From contig JAXGIL010000003.1 of the NCBI GenBank assembly GCA_040770765.1, positions 212,247 to 236,246 of the forward strand: DNA of 24,000 nucleotides, written 5' to 3'. Made by a program: the position numbers and the translations under genes. Numbering within the stretch: position 1 is the stretch's first letter; the number at the start of each line of letters is the position of its first letter. Of the stretch, positions 1-9,286 are shown in pieces. Origin of the DNA: Sedimentibacter sp. Lineage in GTDB: Bacteria > Bacillota > Clostridia > Tissierellales > Sedimentibacteraceae. The notes under the pieces were generated by a model, which was given only the letters and a program-made list of their open reading frames with translations, did no database searches and had not been told where the DNA came from.

Positions 1-192
1 AAGCATTATTTTAGTAATGCTTGCCGGCTGCATTTTATCGTTAGCGTTTTTTTCAAACAAAATCCTTCCGTCATCTGCATTAATCAAAATTGCAGAGCGG
101 GATTGCAAGTCCTCGGGTTCAATTCCATATGCGGTAACAACCATCATATTTAAGATAATAAATATAAAAAATATGGTTAAAATTTTCTTCAT
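1..192 (-). CDS. D-alanyl-D-alanine carboxypeptidase (serine-type, PBP5/DacB/DacF-like). Only the N-terminal 64 codons are present; the gene continues past the left window edge.
   Basis: Not in the ORF track because it is truncated by the edge. The minus strand from the ATG at 192-190, preceded by the SD AAGGAGG (200-206), reads MKKILTIFFIFIILNMMVVTAYGIEPEDLQSRSAILINADDGRILFEKNANDKMQPASITKIML. This is a signal peptide followed by the SxxK active-site motif (SITK) in the usual S11 peptidase context. Confidence 0.75.
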   Translation of the reverse strand, partial: MKKILTIFFIFIILNMMVVTAYGIEPEDLQSRSAILINADDGRILFEKNANDKMQPASITKIML

Positions 193-321
193 AAAATTAC
201 CTCCTTTTTATGTAGAATAACCATATTTTGTTGAATCATACATTTAATTGGATGAGCAAATTCCTATCTGCGGATAATGAAATATCTAAGTTAGTTGTTT
301 AAAAAAAATGTCTAATTTAGT

Positions 322-1503
322 CTATTTCCCGGTTTTGATTATTTGGTTTTTAACACTTGTCCCTTTAAGGTCATTTTTAATATCAAAAATATCCAATACG
401 GTCTTGCCTATGGATGCAAAAGTTTCAAGTATGCCAAGATTGTTATTTTCTTTTATATTCTTTCCATAGAAAATCAGGGGTATATATTCTCTTGAATGGT
501 CTGTACTGGCAGTTGTAGGGTCGCAGCCATGGTCAGCCGTAATAATCAAAATATCGTCATCCTTGAGATTATCCATTATTTCCGGTAGCCTGCCGTCAAA
601 ATACATAAGGGCATCCCCATATCCCTGTACATTGTTCCTGTGACCGTAAATCATGTCGAAATCTACAAGATTTGCAAATATCAAGCCTTCGAAATCTAGT
701 TTTACAGCTTGAATTAATGCTTCAATTCCTTCTTCATTGTTTTTGGTATGATTTGAATATGTAATACCTTTGTTAGCAAATATATCTTCTATTTTCCCAA
801 TGGCATAAACTTCTCTGCCGCTGTTTTTTACGAAGTCCAGCATTGTATCCTTGTAAGGCTCTAAGGAGAAATCTTTCCTATTGCCGGTTCTTGTATAATT
901 ACCTTCTTCCCCTATAAAAGGTCTTGCAATTACTCTTCCTACTCCATTATTTCCTTGCAACATTTTTCTGGCAATTATGCAAATTTCATAGAGCTCGTCC
1001 AAGGGAACCACTTCTTCATGGGCTGCTATTTGAAATACGCTGTCTGCAGATGTGTAGACTATTATATTGCCGGTTTCCACATGCTCTTTTCCTAATTCTT
1101 TGATTATTTCGGTTCCTGAAGCAGCATAGTTGCCTATAACTTTTCTCCCGATTTTTTTCTCAAATTTTGAAATAAGCTCTTCAGGAAACCCGTCCGGATA
1201 GGTAGGGAATGGTTTATCCAGTATCAGCCCGCTGATTTCCCAGTGACCTGTTGTTGTATCCTTCCCCTTTGATTTTTGGCTGCATTTTGCCACAGAGCCT
1301 AAAAAGTATTCCGGGCTTTTCAAGTCTTCAAATCCGTCAATATTTAAAATACCTAAATTCTCCAGATGTGGTAATGAAAAATTCTTTGCATTCTTGTATA
1401 TATTTTTTAGTGTATTGCTGCCTTCATCGCCATAGGCGGCAGCATCCGGAAGTTCACCTGCTCCCACGCTGTCTAAGACTATCAATACTGTTCTTTTAAT
1501 CAT
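322..1503 (-). CDS. deoB: Phosphopentomutase
   Basis: 393 aa. The N-terminal [15 protein letters not shown] and C-terminal [10 protein letters not shown] metal-binding motifs are typical of DeoB. SD AAAGGAG lies upstream of the ATG at 1503. Confidence 0.95.
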   Translation of the reverse strand: MIKRTVLIVLDSVGAGELPDAAAYGDEGSNTLKNIYKNAKNFSLPHLENLGILNIDGFEDLKSPEYFLGSVAKCSQKSKGKDTTTGHWEISGLILDKPFPTYPDGFPEELISKFEKKIGRKVIGNYAASGTEIIKELGKEHVETGNIIVYTSADSVFQIAAHEEVVPLDELYEICIIARKMLQGNNGVGRVIARPFIGEEGNYTRTGNRKDFSLEPYKDTMLDFVKNSGREVYAIGKIEDIFANKGITYSNHTKNNEEGIEALIQAVKLDFEGLIFANLVDFDMIYGHRNNVQGYGDALMYFDGRLPEIMDNLKDDDILIITADHGCDPTTASTDHSREYIPLIFYGKNIKENNNLGILETFASIGKTVLDIFDIKNDLKGTSVKNQIIKTGK

Positions 1504-1523
1504 TGGTTGCTCCTTTATTTATA

Positions 1524-1554
1524 TTAAAAGAAGAGATAATTTATATCTCTCTTC
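1524..1554 (-). terminator. Rho-independent terminator-like hairpin downstream of xerD
   Basis: The minus strand reads GAAGAGAGATA-TAAAT-TATCTCTTC followed by TTTTAAT. The stem has 7 or more bp and lies about 60 nt after the xerD stop. Confidence 0.5.
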
Positions 1555-1613
1555 CTTTTGTCTTATTATACCATTAATAGTGCAGTCTGAAACATCAATT
1601 ATGTATGAAAATA

Positions 1614-2480
1614 TCAACCGCGTGGAAATGTTTTATTAAAAACTTCCAAGGATTTGAATTCTAAATTATTTATATAATTTTGTGCGGCACCCAGACTATT
1701 AAGTCCCATTAACTCCTGTATAGTTCCGAGGTCAGCCCCGTGAGACAACATATGTACAGCGAATGAATTTCTTAGAATTTGAGGAGATAATTCCTTATTT
1801 AAGTTCATTTTTTTCTTATAAGATTTTAGAGATTTCCATATTCCCTGCCTTGTTAAGGGCTCACCGGTAATATTGATAAATAAAAAGTCATTTTCATCAG
1901 TGTTTTTATCCCTAAAATTATTTAAATAGTTTTCAATTGCGCTTATTGCATACTTGCTTAATGGAATTATTCTTTCTTTTTCTCCTTCAATAGAAATTAT
2001 TCCGGCGCTTAGGTTTATTTGAGATAATTTTATGCTGATGAGCTCGGAAACCTTTATACCTGATGAATACATCAGTTCCAACATTGCCAAGTCTCTGATT
2101 CCTTTGAAAGTATTTTTATCAGGCAAAAGCATAAGCTGAGCTACTTCTTCTTCAGTTAAAATTGAAGGTTTCTTTTTTATTTGTTTTGGGCTGTGTATGC
2201 TGACAGCAGGGTTGTCCTTAATCAGTTTTTCATTCTTCAAGAAATCAAAAAAGTTTTTTAATGCGGAAATAGTTCTCGATAATGTTGATGAACTCTTGCC
2301 GTTTTTTTGCAGAGTTACAAGATATGTCAAAATATGCGCTTTTTTTGTTTCAGTTAGCTCAAGCTCATAATCTTCGCAAAGATAATTTCTAAAGCTTTCC
2401 ACATCGTAAATATAGGAGTCGATTGTATTTTCACTTAAGTTTCTCTGATACAAATACTCTTTATACATTGTGATTTCCAT
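1614..2480 (-). CDS. xerD: XerD-like tyrosine recombinase family protein with a diverged active site
   Basis: 288 aa, collinear with XerD/RipX: an N-terminal SAM-like core-binding domain followed by a C-terminal catalytic domain. The deoB-xerD-spoIIM synteny matches Bacillus. The motifs read SSGIKVSEL, GEKERIIPL, SPQILRNSFAVHML, MGLNSLGAAQNYI (see the finding). The ATG at 2480 overlaps the spoIIM stop by 1 nt. Confidence 0.85.
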   Translation of the reverse strand: MEITMYKEYLYQRNLSENTIDSYIYDVESFRNYLCEDYELELTETKKAHILTYLVTLQKNGKSSSTLSRTISALKNFFDFLKNEKLIKDNPAVSIHSPKQIKKKPSILTEEEVAQLMLLPDKNTFKGIRDLAMLELMYSSGIKVSELISIKLSQINLSAGIISIEGEKERIIPLSKYAISAIENYLNNFRDKNTDENDFLFINITGEPLTRQGIWKSLKSYKKKMNLNKELSPQILRNSFAVHMLSHGADLGTIQELMGLNSLGAAQNYINNLEFKSLEVFNKTFPRG

Positions 2481-3061
2481 TATCTCACCATCAATCTGCT
2501 TAATATTAATACATATAAGCTGTATACAAACGAATAAGCTGTTACAATCAGTAAATAAAATAAAGAAATTCTAAGATACCCGGATATAATTATATCAAAT
2601 TTTCGGGAAATAGTCTCGATATTTTTTGCTTTTTTTGTATATTTTGCTATTGAACTTGAAATAAAAGTAAAATAAAGTAGAATAGGAAAGAATATAAAAT
2701 AATCAGTAAAGGTGAGCATAAAATATTTTAAATCCATACCAACAGTCCTGATTATATAAATAACGGACAAACCATAATATACGGAAATAAAACCAAACAA
2801 AATCATTGTTAAATATCCTTGTCCAAAATATGTTAAAAAGATGACCGCCAAAAAATAAATAATATTTCTTTTTATTGAACTCCCGAAAATTTGCAGAAAA
2901 TTCATTTTACTTATACTTTCATAGTTTATCTCACTTAGAGACCCCTTTCCCGTTAATGAATAAATTAATGCCGATAGAATCAAAGCTCCGATAAAAATTA
3001 ATATTAAGGCTATAAACTTTTTGTTTTCAGATTTCACCAGCTTCTTTAGTGTATTGTTCAT
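2480..3061 (-). CDS. spoIIM: Stage II sporulation protein M (polytopic membrane protein)
   Basis: The product is a multi-pass hydrophobic protein of SpoIIM size. It keeps the conserved position next to xerD and nudF. I placed the start at the ATG at 3061 (MNNTLKKLV...) because it is preceded by GGTGGGAGG. The track ORF extends 20 codons further upstream with no SD. Confidence 0.78.
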   Translation of the reverse strand: MNNTLKKLVKSENKKFIALILIFIGALILSALIYSLTGKGSLSEINYESISKMNFLQIFGSSIKRNIIYFLAVIFLTYFGQGYLTMILFGFISVYYGLSVIYIIRTVGMDLKYFMLTFTDYFIFFPILLYFTFISSSIAKYTKKAKNIETISRKFDIIISGYLRISLFYLLIVTAYSFVYSLYVLILSRLMVR

Positions 3062-3082
3062 ATAAACCTCCCACCTACTGTC

Positions 3083-3088
3083 TGTATG
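3083..3088 (-). promoter_or_regulatory. Possible sigma-E-type -10 element (CATACA) upstream of spoIIM
   Basis: The minus strand reads GGCATACAGACAG about 20 nt upstream of the spoIIM ATG. spoIIM is sigma-E dependent in Bacillus. The -35 element is not convincing and the leader would be very short. Confidence 0.3.
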
Positions 3089-3117
3089 CCAAGCAGGACA
3101 TAAGACGTCCTTTTTGC

Positions 3118-3170
3118 ACAATAAAACCTCTTGTTAAGCTTTGTATAATATATGCTTGTACAAGAGGTTT
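3118..3170 (-). terminator. Rho-independent terminator downstream of the Nudix gene
   Basis: The minus strand reads AAACCTCTTGT...ACAAGAGGTTT, an 11-bp stem, followed by TTATTG. Confidence 0.6.
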
Positions 3171-3191
3171 AATACTTTTTATGTTTTTATT

Positions 3192-3713
3192 TTAAGAATT
3201 TAGCCAATGGAGAAGTCCTATTATTGTTTTACTATCGTTTATTTTACCGGTTTCAAGCATTTTTTTTGCTTCGTCTCTATCAACTTCAATTGTTTCAAGG
3301 CATTCATCTTCATCTAAATCAGTACCTTCATATACGAGCTCCGAAGCCTTAAACAAATATACCTTTTCATTGGAAAAACCCGGTGAGGTATAAAATTCAT
3401 AAATTAGCTCTATTTTACCTGCCTTATAACCGGTTTCTTCTTTTAATTCACGCAGAGCTCCTTCCGGAGGCTCTTCTGCAATATTAAGAATCCCTGCCGG
3501 CAGCTCCAATATATTCTCCTCAATGGCCTTTCTGTATTGTCTCACAAAAATTACTTTATCATTATTAACAGCTAATATACAGGCTGCACCCTTATGCTCA
3601 ACAATTTCTCTTTTTGCATATTTTTGGTTTTGCAATTCAACAGTATCTACTCTTAAATTAACTATTTTGCCTTCAAATATTTTTTCGCTTTTTACAGTAA
3701 TTTCCTTATTCAC
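3192..3713 (-). CDS. nudF: ADP-ribose pyrophosphatase (Nudix hydrolase)
   Basis: 173 aa with the Nudix box GILNIAEEPPEGALRELKEETGY. The start is GTG at 3713, preceded by the SD TAGGAGG. Confidence 0.85.
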   Translation of the reverse strand: MNKEITVKSEKIFEGKIVNLRVDTVELQNQKYAKREIVEHKGAACILAVNNDKVIFVRQYRKAIEENILELPAGILNIAEEPPEGALRELKEETGYKAGKIELIYEFYTSPGFSNEKVYLFKASELVYEGTDLDEDECLETIEVDRDEAKKMLETGKINDSKTIIGLLHWLNS

Positions 3714-3767
3714 TATAGCCTCCTATATTAAATCATTGCATCTGAAGCAAGATTAATAGTTGGACTT

Positions 3768-3796
3768 ATTCTAATAACAATACAGATTTTTGTCAA
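3768..3796 (-). promoter_or_regulatory. Sigma-A-type promoter for the Nudix gene
   Basis: The minus strand reads TTGACA, a 17-nt spacer, then TAGAAT. Confidence 0.5.
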
Positions 3797-3826
3797 GTTA
3801 ATTTACAGGTGCACCATTTTCTATTG

Positions 3827-4621
3827 CTATGATACTCTTTGCTCCAGGCGAAGTTTATCTGCAATCATTGCTACAAATTCCGAATTGGTAGGTTTACCCT
3901 TATTATTATGTATAGTATAACCGAAAATATTGTTGATAGTTTCAATTTTCCCCCGAGTCCAAGCAACTTCTATTGCATGTCGTATGGCTCTTTCAACTCT
4001 GCTTGGCGTGGTTGAATATTTAGCTGCTATCATGGGATACAGTTCCTTTGTAATTGCTCCCAATAATTCAACATTCTTTACTACATCTATTATAGAAGTG
4101 CGTAAATACTGATAACCTTTAATATGTGCAGGTACACCTACCTCATGTAAAATTTCGGTTATTTTGACTTCCAAGCTGAGCTCCGAGTTAATTTTTTCGT
4201 TATAAACGATTTCCTTATTCTTATTTTGCACCTTAGAAGTTTCTAATTCTGATATTTGAAGTAATCTGTCAGCAAAAGATTCAAAATTGAAAGGCTTAAC
4301 AATATAATAGTCAACACCCATATTAATAGCTCTCTGGGTAACCTTATCATGACCTACGGCAGATAGAACTATTACTTTAGGAAACTTTTTTAATTCTTTT
4401 TTATGAAGTCTCTCAAGTACCCCCAACCCATCAAGCTGAGGCATTATTATGTCCAATATAAGAATGTCGGGTTCATGTTTTTCGACAGATTCCAATGTTT
4501 TTATTCCATCCTCTGCCATGTCTACTACATCGAAGACTTTTTTGCTGAGCAAGAAGTCTTTTAGAATTAACCTAAATTCTTTATTGTCGTCAGCAATAAC
4601 AACTTTTACTTTTTTTTGCAT
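3827..4621 (-). CDS. spo0A: Sporulation master response regulator Spo0A
   Basis: The receiver domain is present (VVIADDN...[13 protein letters not shown]). The Spo0A-specific C-terminal DNA-binding domain is also present ([35 protein letters not shown]). I placed the start at the ATG at 4621 (MQKKVKV) after GGGGGAG. Confidence 0.97.
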   Translation of the reverse strand: MQKKVKVVIADDNKEFRLILKDFLLSKKVFDVVDMAEDGIKTLESVEKHEPDILILDIIMPQLDGLGVLERLHKKELKKFPKVIVLSAVGHDKVTQRAINMGVDYYIVKPFNFESFADRLLQISELETSKVQNKNKEIVYNEKINSELSLEVKITEILHEVGVPAHIKGYQYLRTSIIDVVKNVELLGAITKELYPMIAAKYSTTPSRVERAIRHAIEVAWTRGKIETINNIFGYTIHNNKGKPTNSEFVAMIADKLRLEQRVS

Positions 4622-4839
4622 AAGTACTCCCCCATTCAAAATATTCTATACTAATATAATACGCAAAAGAATCAAAAAACCCTTTTTTTTTATAAAAAAA
4701 ATTTTTTGTCTTCTAATTTTGTAATATAAAAAGTATATATGTCTATTATATACAGCTTTTCCTAATTTATACTAAAATTTTGTCGATAAATTAAAATATT
4801 TGTTTTTAAATTTTTGTTATATTTTACTAATGTATTTTA

Positions 4840-5916
4840 TCAGTCGTATATTTTGTCAATTATCCATTCAATATATATACCATATCCTTTGGTAGGATCA
4901 TTCATAAAAACATGTGTTACAGCACCGACTATTTTATTGTTTTGTATTACAGGACTTCCGCTCATACCTTGAATAATACCATTGGTCATTTCCAAAAGTT
5001 CCTTATCTGTAATTTTAATAACAAAGCTTTTCTCATCAGGTTTATTTTGATAAAATATTTTAGTTATGTCTACTGAGTATTTTTTTATTTCATTATTTAC
5101 ACATGAAATTATATATGCAGGACCGAGTTTAATTTCTTCCTTTTTTCCGATTTCCATTAAATCGCCGCTGAAATATCCCATACTGTCCTTATTTATTTTC
5201 CCGTAAATTCCAAAATCAGTATTATCGGTCACCGTTCCAAGACTTTCTTTATCTTTTAAAATGTAGCCAATAATTTCTCCCGGTTCTCCCTTTTTGCCTA
5301 ACTTAATATTAGTAATATTTGCTTTTGATATAGTGCCTGATTCAATATCTATCAACTTACCTGTTTCCGAATCAGAAATACCGTGACCTATTGCACTATA
5401 GAATCCTGTTTCCGGATCTACAAATGTAACTGTTCCTATTCCTGCTATATCATCTCTTGCCCAAAATCCGAATTTAATTTCATCGCTGTCATATCTTTGG
5501 ACAGGAGTTATAGTCAAATTGTAAATCTCCCCGGCTCTTTCAATTTTAAATGTATAGACTTTAATACCCATAGTTTCGGTATAATTTAATATTTCATCGG
5601 TGCTTCTCATATATATAGAGTCTATTTCCAATATTTTATCTCCAATTTCAATCCCGGCAATTTTTGCCGGAGATGTTGATATATTGTCAATATTGATTAT
5701 ATCAGCGAGTCCGACAACCAATACTCCCTCGGTTTTCAGTTCTATTCCGATAGTCTGACCACCGGGTATAATGTACTTTCCTTCCGTATCTATTACTTGG
5801 TCGCCTTTTGCAAATTTATATGGATTTGTTTTTAAATTAAAACCAAAAAAAACCGCAGTCATTAATACCGCAATAAAAAAAGTAAAGAATAAAACCCTTC
5901 TTAGAAAATTCCTCAT
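4840..5916 (-). CDS. spoIVB: SpoIVB signalling serine peptidase (S55) with PDZ domain
   Basis: 358 aa with an N-terminal TM anchor, a PDZ-like region (GIEIGDKILEID) and the catalytic context GHGISD ... GMSGSPV. It is adjacent to spo0A and recN, as in Bacillus and Clostridium. Confidence 0.95.
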   Translation of the reverse strand: MRNFLRRVLFFTFFIAVLMTAVFFGFNLKTNPYKFAKGDQVIDTEGKYIIPGGQTIGIELKTEGVLVVGLADIINIDNISTSPAKIAGIEIGDKILEIDSIYMRSTDEILNYTETMGIKVYTFKIERAGEIYNLTITPVQRYDSDEIKFGFWARDDIAGIGTVTFVDPETGFYSAIGHGISDSETGKLIDIESGTISKANITNIKLGKKGEPGEIIGYILKDKESLGTVTDNTDFGIYGKINKDSMGYFSGDLMEIGKKEEIKLGPAYIISCVNNEIKKYSVDITKIFYQNKPDEKSFVIKITDKELLEMTNGIIQGMSGSPVIQNNKIVGAVTHVFMNDPTKGYGIYIEWIIDKIYD

Positions 5917-5966
5917 TGTGCTCTCCTAAATAGTTTTATCCTTAACTTTTCCATTTAAAACTTGTT

Positions 5967-7625
5967 CTATTCACTTATTTTACTGTTAAATTCTATCAAT
6001 TCCTTAGCATTATTTATAGATTTTTCAGTTATTTTCATTCCGCTCAACAATCTGGCAATTTCATAAATTTTGTTTTCTTTGTCTAACTTTTTAACTGTAC
6101 TGAATGTATTATTGTCAACAACTTTTTTTTCAATCAAAAAATGATTTTTTGAAATTGAAGCAATTTGGGGTGAATGCGTGACACAGATAACTTGATTGTT
6201 CTTTGCAATATAATTCATTTTAACGCCGGCCATCTGTGCAGTCTTGCCGCTTATTCCCATGTCTATTTCGTCAAACACCATGGTTTGACCAATGTCGCTT
6301 TTTATTTTTTTAAAAGCTAACATTATTCTTGACGCTTCCCCTCCGGAAACTATTTTTTGAACGGAATTTAAGTCGCTTCCTACATTAGTGGAAATCAAAA
6401 ATTCAACATCGTCAACACCGTCTGCAGATATATTTTTTTTATTGATTTTAACTTCAAACTCAATATTTTTCATATTAAGCTCGCTTAATTCGATTAAAAT
6501 CTGCTTTTCAAGATATTCTGCAGCGGTTTTTCTTTTCTTAGATATAATACCTGCTTTTTCTATCAATAAATTATATATTTCATTTTTTTCTGTAATTAAA
6601 GAATTTAATTTTGAATCAGCTTCAAGAAGCAGACTTAATTCTTCATGGGATGCATTTCTGTATTCATTAATTTTTTCTATTGAAAAACCATATTTTCTTT
6701 TTAAACGATTAATAAGAGACATCCTGTTTTCAATATTTTCCAGCTTTTTTTCGTCGAGGTCCAAATTATCTGAATAGTCCCTTAAATCATAGCTTAATAG
6801 TTTTAATTCCTCTAACTGAATATCCACCCTTGAAAGAAATTCTTCCAGTTTTTCGTCATAGTTTTTAATTTTATTTATAATGCTGTAAACATTGTTTATA
6901 TTATCGCTGTTAAGAATTTGTATTGCTTCATACAAAGATTTTTTAATTTCCTGTATATTAGAAAGCTTTTTGATATTTTTAAGAAGCTCCTCTTCTTCAA
7001 ATTCCTTTAACTCTGCACTATCAATTTCATTTATTTCATATTGTAACTGCTCAATTTTTTTATCTTTATTTAATAGTTTTTCTTTTAATGTGCTTATTTC
7101 GTTTATAACTCGGTTATATTTGACATACAGCTCATTATAGGACTGAAGCAAGGGTGACAACTCATTTTGTATAAGACTGTCGAGCATTTTAATATGATTT
7201 TCTTTTTTAAATAAGCTTTCATGACCAAATTGACCGTAAATGTCAATCAATAAACTGCCTATTGCCTTAATGGTGTTAAGAGGATAAGTTCTTCCGTTAA
7301 CCTTGTTTATACTTTTGCCGTTTTGTAAAAGCTCCCTTGATATTATTAAAAAGTCATCCTTATCAATTTCAATGTTTAAATTCTTTAAGTCTTCATACAG
7401 GCTGTCATTATCGCCTATATCAAAAATTCCTTCTATTAATGCAGAATTTTTGCCTTTTCTTATTAGTTCTTTTGAAGCTCTATCCCCCAAAATAAGCTCA
7501 ATTGCATTTATCAAAACCGATTTTCCGGACCCGGTTTCCCCTGTAAAAACATTGAATCCGGAGTCAAAATCAACAGATACATTTTCGAATACTGCAAAAT
7601 TGCTTATATTTAAACTAAGCAGCAT
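5967..7625 (-). CDS. recN: DNA repair protein RecN
   Basis: 552 aa with Walker A GETGSGKS, a long coiled-coil middle, the signature SGGEASRIMLA and Walker B MVFDEID. Confidence 0.95.
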   Translation of the reverse strand: MLLSLNISNFAVFENVSVDFDSGFNVFTGETGSGKSVLINAIELILGDRASKELIRKGKNSALIEGIFDIGDNDSLYEDLKNLNIEIDKDDFLIISRELLQNGKSINKVNGRTYPLNTIKAIGSLLIDIYGQFGHESLFKKENHIKMLDSLIQNELSPLLQSYNELYVKYNRVINEISTLKEKLLNKDKKIEQLQYEINEIDSAELKEFEEEELLKNIKKLSNIQEIKKSLYEAIQILNSDNINNVYSIINKIKNYDEKLEEFLSRVDIQLEELKLLSYDLRDYSDNLDLDEKKLENIENRMSLINRLKRKYGFSIEKINEYRNASHEELSLLLEADSKLNSLITEKNEIYNLLIEKAGIISKKRKTAAEYLEKQILIELSELNMKNIEFEVKINKKNISADGVDDVEFLISTNVGSDLNSVQKIVSGGEASRIMLAFKKIKSDIGQTMVFDEIDMGISGKTAQMAGVKMNYIAKNNQVICVTHSPQIASISKNHFLIEKKVVDNNTFSTVKKLDKENKIYEIARLLSGMKITEKSINNAKELIEFNSKISE

Positions 7626-7635
7626 ATCATCACCA

Positions 7636-8088
7636 TTATCTTATATTCTTTTTAAATTCCTGCAATACCTTATCTACCTGTTCAATTTTTCGCACAGCTA
7701 CAAAGACGTTATCATCTCCTGCCAATGTTCCTACAATTTCTTCAATTCCCATAAAATCAATGGCTGATGCACATATCTGAGCAGCTCCCGGAATTGTTTT
7801 AATAATTATCATATTCATTGCATTGTCGATTGAAACAACGGAATTTTCAAATATCTTATTCAATCTGTCCGTTATTCCTTCCTGGCTTTGACTTATGGTA
7901 GCATACTTATACTTACCGCTTTTAGACATTACCTTTACAAGTCTAAGCTCCTTTATATCTCTGGAAATTGTAGCTTGTGTAACATCAATACCCATATTTT
8001 TCAGGGCTTCAGCTAATTCCTCCTGGGTTTCAATTTCACTTTTTGAAATTAACTCAAGAATTTTTGTTTGTCTGGTATACTTTTTCAT
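7636..8088 (-). CDS. argR: Arginine repressor ArgR/AhrC
   Basis: It has a winged-helix N-terminus (RQTKILELI...TQATISRDIKELRLVKV) and a C-terminal GTLAGDDNVFV motif. The start is at the ATG at 8088 after AAGAGGTG. Confidence 0.93.
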   Translation of the reverse strand: MKKYTRQTKILELISKSEIETQEELAEALKNMGIDVTQATISRDIKELRLVKVMSKSGKYKYATISQSQEGITDRLNKIFENSVVSIDNAMNMIIIKTIPGAAQICASAIDFMGIEEIVGTLAGDDNVFVAVRKIEQVDKVLQEFKKNIR

Positions 8089-8107
8089 TTGACACCTCTT
8101 AGTTTTT

Positions 8108-8893
8108 TTATAGTTTTTCAAAGGCTTTATTTATTAAGTCTTTGAAATTAATTTCATTTGTATTTCCTGTAATTTTTAAGTGGGCAAGATATTCTATGTT
8201 TCCTGCCCCTCCTCTTATTGGAGAATAATCCATATTAATTAATTTCAAATTATTTGTTTTACAATAATTATTAATACTATTAAGTACCCCTAAATGTACT
8301 TCTCTTTTTTTTACTATACCTTTTTTCCCTATGTTTACCTTACCTGCTTCAAATTGAGGTTTTACCAGTGCGACAATATCTGTATCATTATGACTTAATT
8401 CGACAATTTTAGGTATAATATGTTGAAGCGAAATAAAAGAAACATCAACTGTTATAATGTCTATAATATCAGTAATTATAGATGTATCAATATATCTGAA
8501 ATTTGTGTTTTCTAAATTAACAACTCGAATATCATTCTTTAATGAATCATGAAGCTGACCGCAGCCCACATCTATGGCATATACTTTTTTTGCTCCATGT
8601 TTTAACAGATAATCCGTAAATCCTCCGGTTGAAGCACCGATATCTACTGCTGTCTTATTTTCAATATTAATGTTAAATACATGAATTGCTTTTTCAATTT
8701 TTAAATAACCCCTGCTTATATATACATCTTCTGTAATTTTTATTTTAACATCATCATTTACCATATATGATGGCTTTGTTATTAATTTATCATCCACAAA
8801 TACAGAATTGTTTAAAATAAGCTCCTTTGCCTTTTCACGGCTGCCAACATACCCTTTATTATGCAAAAATACGTCAAGTCTGTAATTTTTCAT
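8108..8893 (-). CDS. tlyA: TlyA-family rRNA 2'-O-methyltransferase (S4 domain plus FtsJ-like MTase)
   Basis: The S4-like N-terminus reads YRLDVFLHNKGYVGSREKAKELI. The SAM-binding motif is VDIGASTGGFTD. The start was trimmed to MKNYRLD at 8893. Confidence 0.9.
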   Translation of the reverse strand: MKNYRLDVFLHNKGYVGSREKAKELILNNSVFVDDKLITKPSYMVNDDVKIKITEDVYISRGYLKIEKAIHVFNINIENKTAVDIGASTGGFTDYLLKHGAKKVYAIDVGCGQLHDSLKNDIRVVNLENTNFRYIDTSIITDIIDIITVDVSFISLQHIIPKIVELSHNDTDIVALVKPQFEAGKVNIGKKGIVKKREVHLGVLNSINNYCKTNNLKLINMDYSPIRGGAGNIEYLAHLKITGNTNEINFKDLINKAFEKL

Positions 8894-8957
8894 TTTTATG
8901 CCTTGCCCGGTACATAAATATTCTTCTAAAAAAATAAATATTTGGATATTCAATAAA

Positions 8958-8986
8958 ATTATAGCATATCAATTAACTTATATCAA
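8958..8986 (-). promoter_or_regulatory. Sigma-A-type promoter for tlyA-argR-recN
   Basis: The minus strand reads TTGATA, a 17-nt spacer, then TATAAT, about 65 nt upstream of the tlyA ATG. Confidence 0.5.
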
Positions 8987-9090
8987 TTAATATTTTTAAT
9001 AATTATTAAAATTTAAGGATACACCTTTATAGAAGTCAGCCTATAATACAGGTCTTCAAAGGAATGTTCCCTCTTATGTTTAAGGATTTC

Positions 9091-9285
9091 TTATTCAATA
9101 TTTTCATCTATAATTTTGATTTTTCTTTGAGTGTCATCCAACTTTTTCATGCAAAAAGAATAAGCCTTCATTCCCTTTTCATAATTTTCCAGAAGTTCGT
9201 CAATTGAAATATCATCTTTATTTTCAAATTTCCGGACAATATTTTTTAATTCTTCCAAGGCACTTTCAAAATTATCGTACTCCAT
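9091..9285 (-). CDS. xseB: Exodeoxyribonuclease VII small subunit
   Basis: 64 aa helical protein (FESALEELKNIVRKFE...) located immediately after xseA with a 1-nt gap. Confidence 0.9.
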   Translation of the reverse strand: MEYDNFESALEELKNIVRKFENKDDISIDELLENYEKGMKAYSFCMKKLDDTQRKIKIIDENIE

Positions 9286-9286
9286 A

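Noticed and set aside
17-220. 67-aa plus-strand ORF at the left edge
   Set aside because: It is antisense to a much better supported minus-strand carboxypeptidase N-terminus, which has a strong SD, a signal peptide and an SxxK motif.
1565-1600. TATAAT-containing promoter-like sequence upstream of deoB
   Set aside because: It lies upstream of the xerD terminator hairpin, so transcripts from it would be terminated. The -35 is poor, and such hexamers are frequent in AT-rich DNA.
4481-4787. Spo0A-box-like heptamers: TGTCGAA on the minus strand at 4481-4487, and TGTCGAT on the plus strand at 4781-4787 upstream of spo0A
   Set aside because: One lies inside the spo0A coding sequence and the other is a 6/7 match. 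Single short heptamers are expected by chance. I could not identify a convincing sigma-H or sigma-A promoter arrangement around them.
6388-7767. Plus-strand ORFs of 82-154 aa over recN and argR. Similar shadow ORFs occur at 11277-11669, 14102-14536, 15952-16278 and 23410-23862.
   Set aside because: These are Ser/Phe/Ile/Leu-rich low-complexity translations antisense to well-supported genes. Such shadow ORFs are typical of AT-rich genomes. They have no SD sequences and no recognisable domains.
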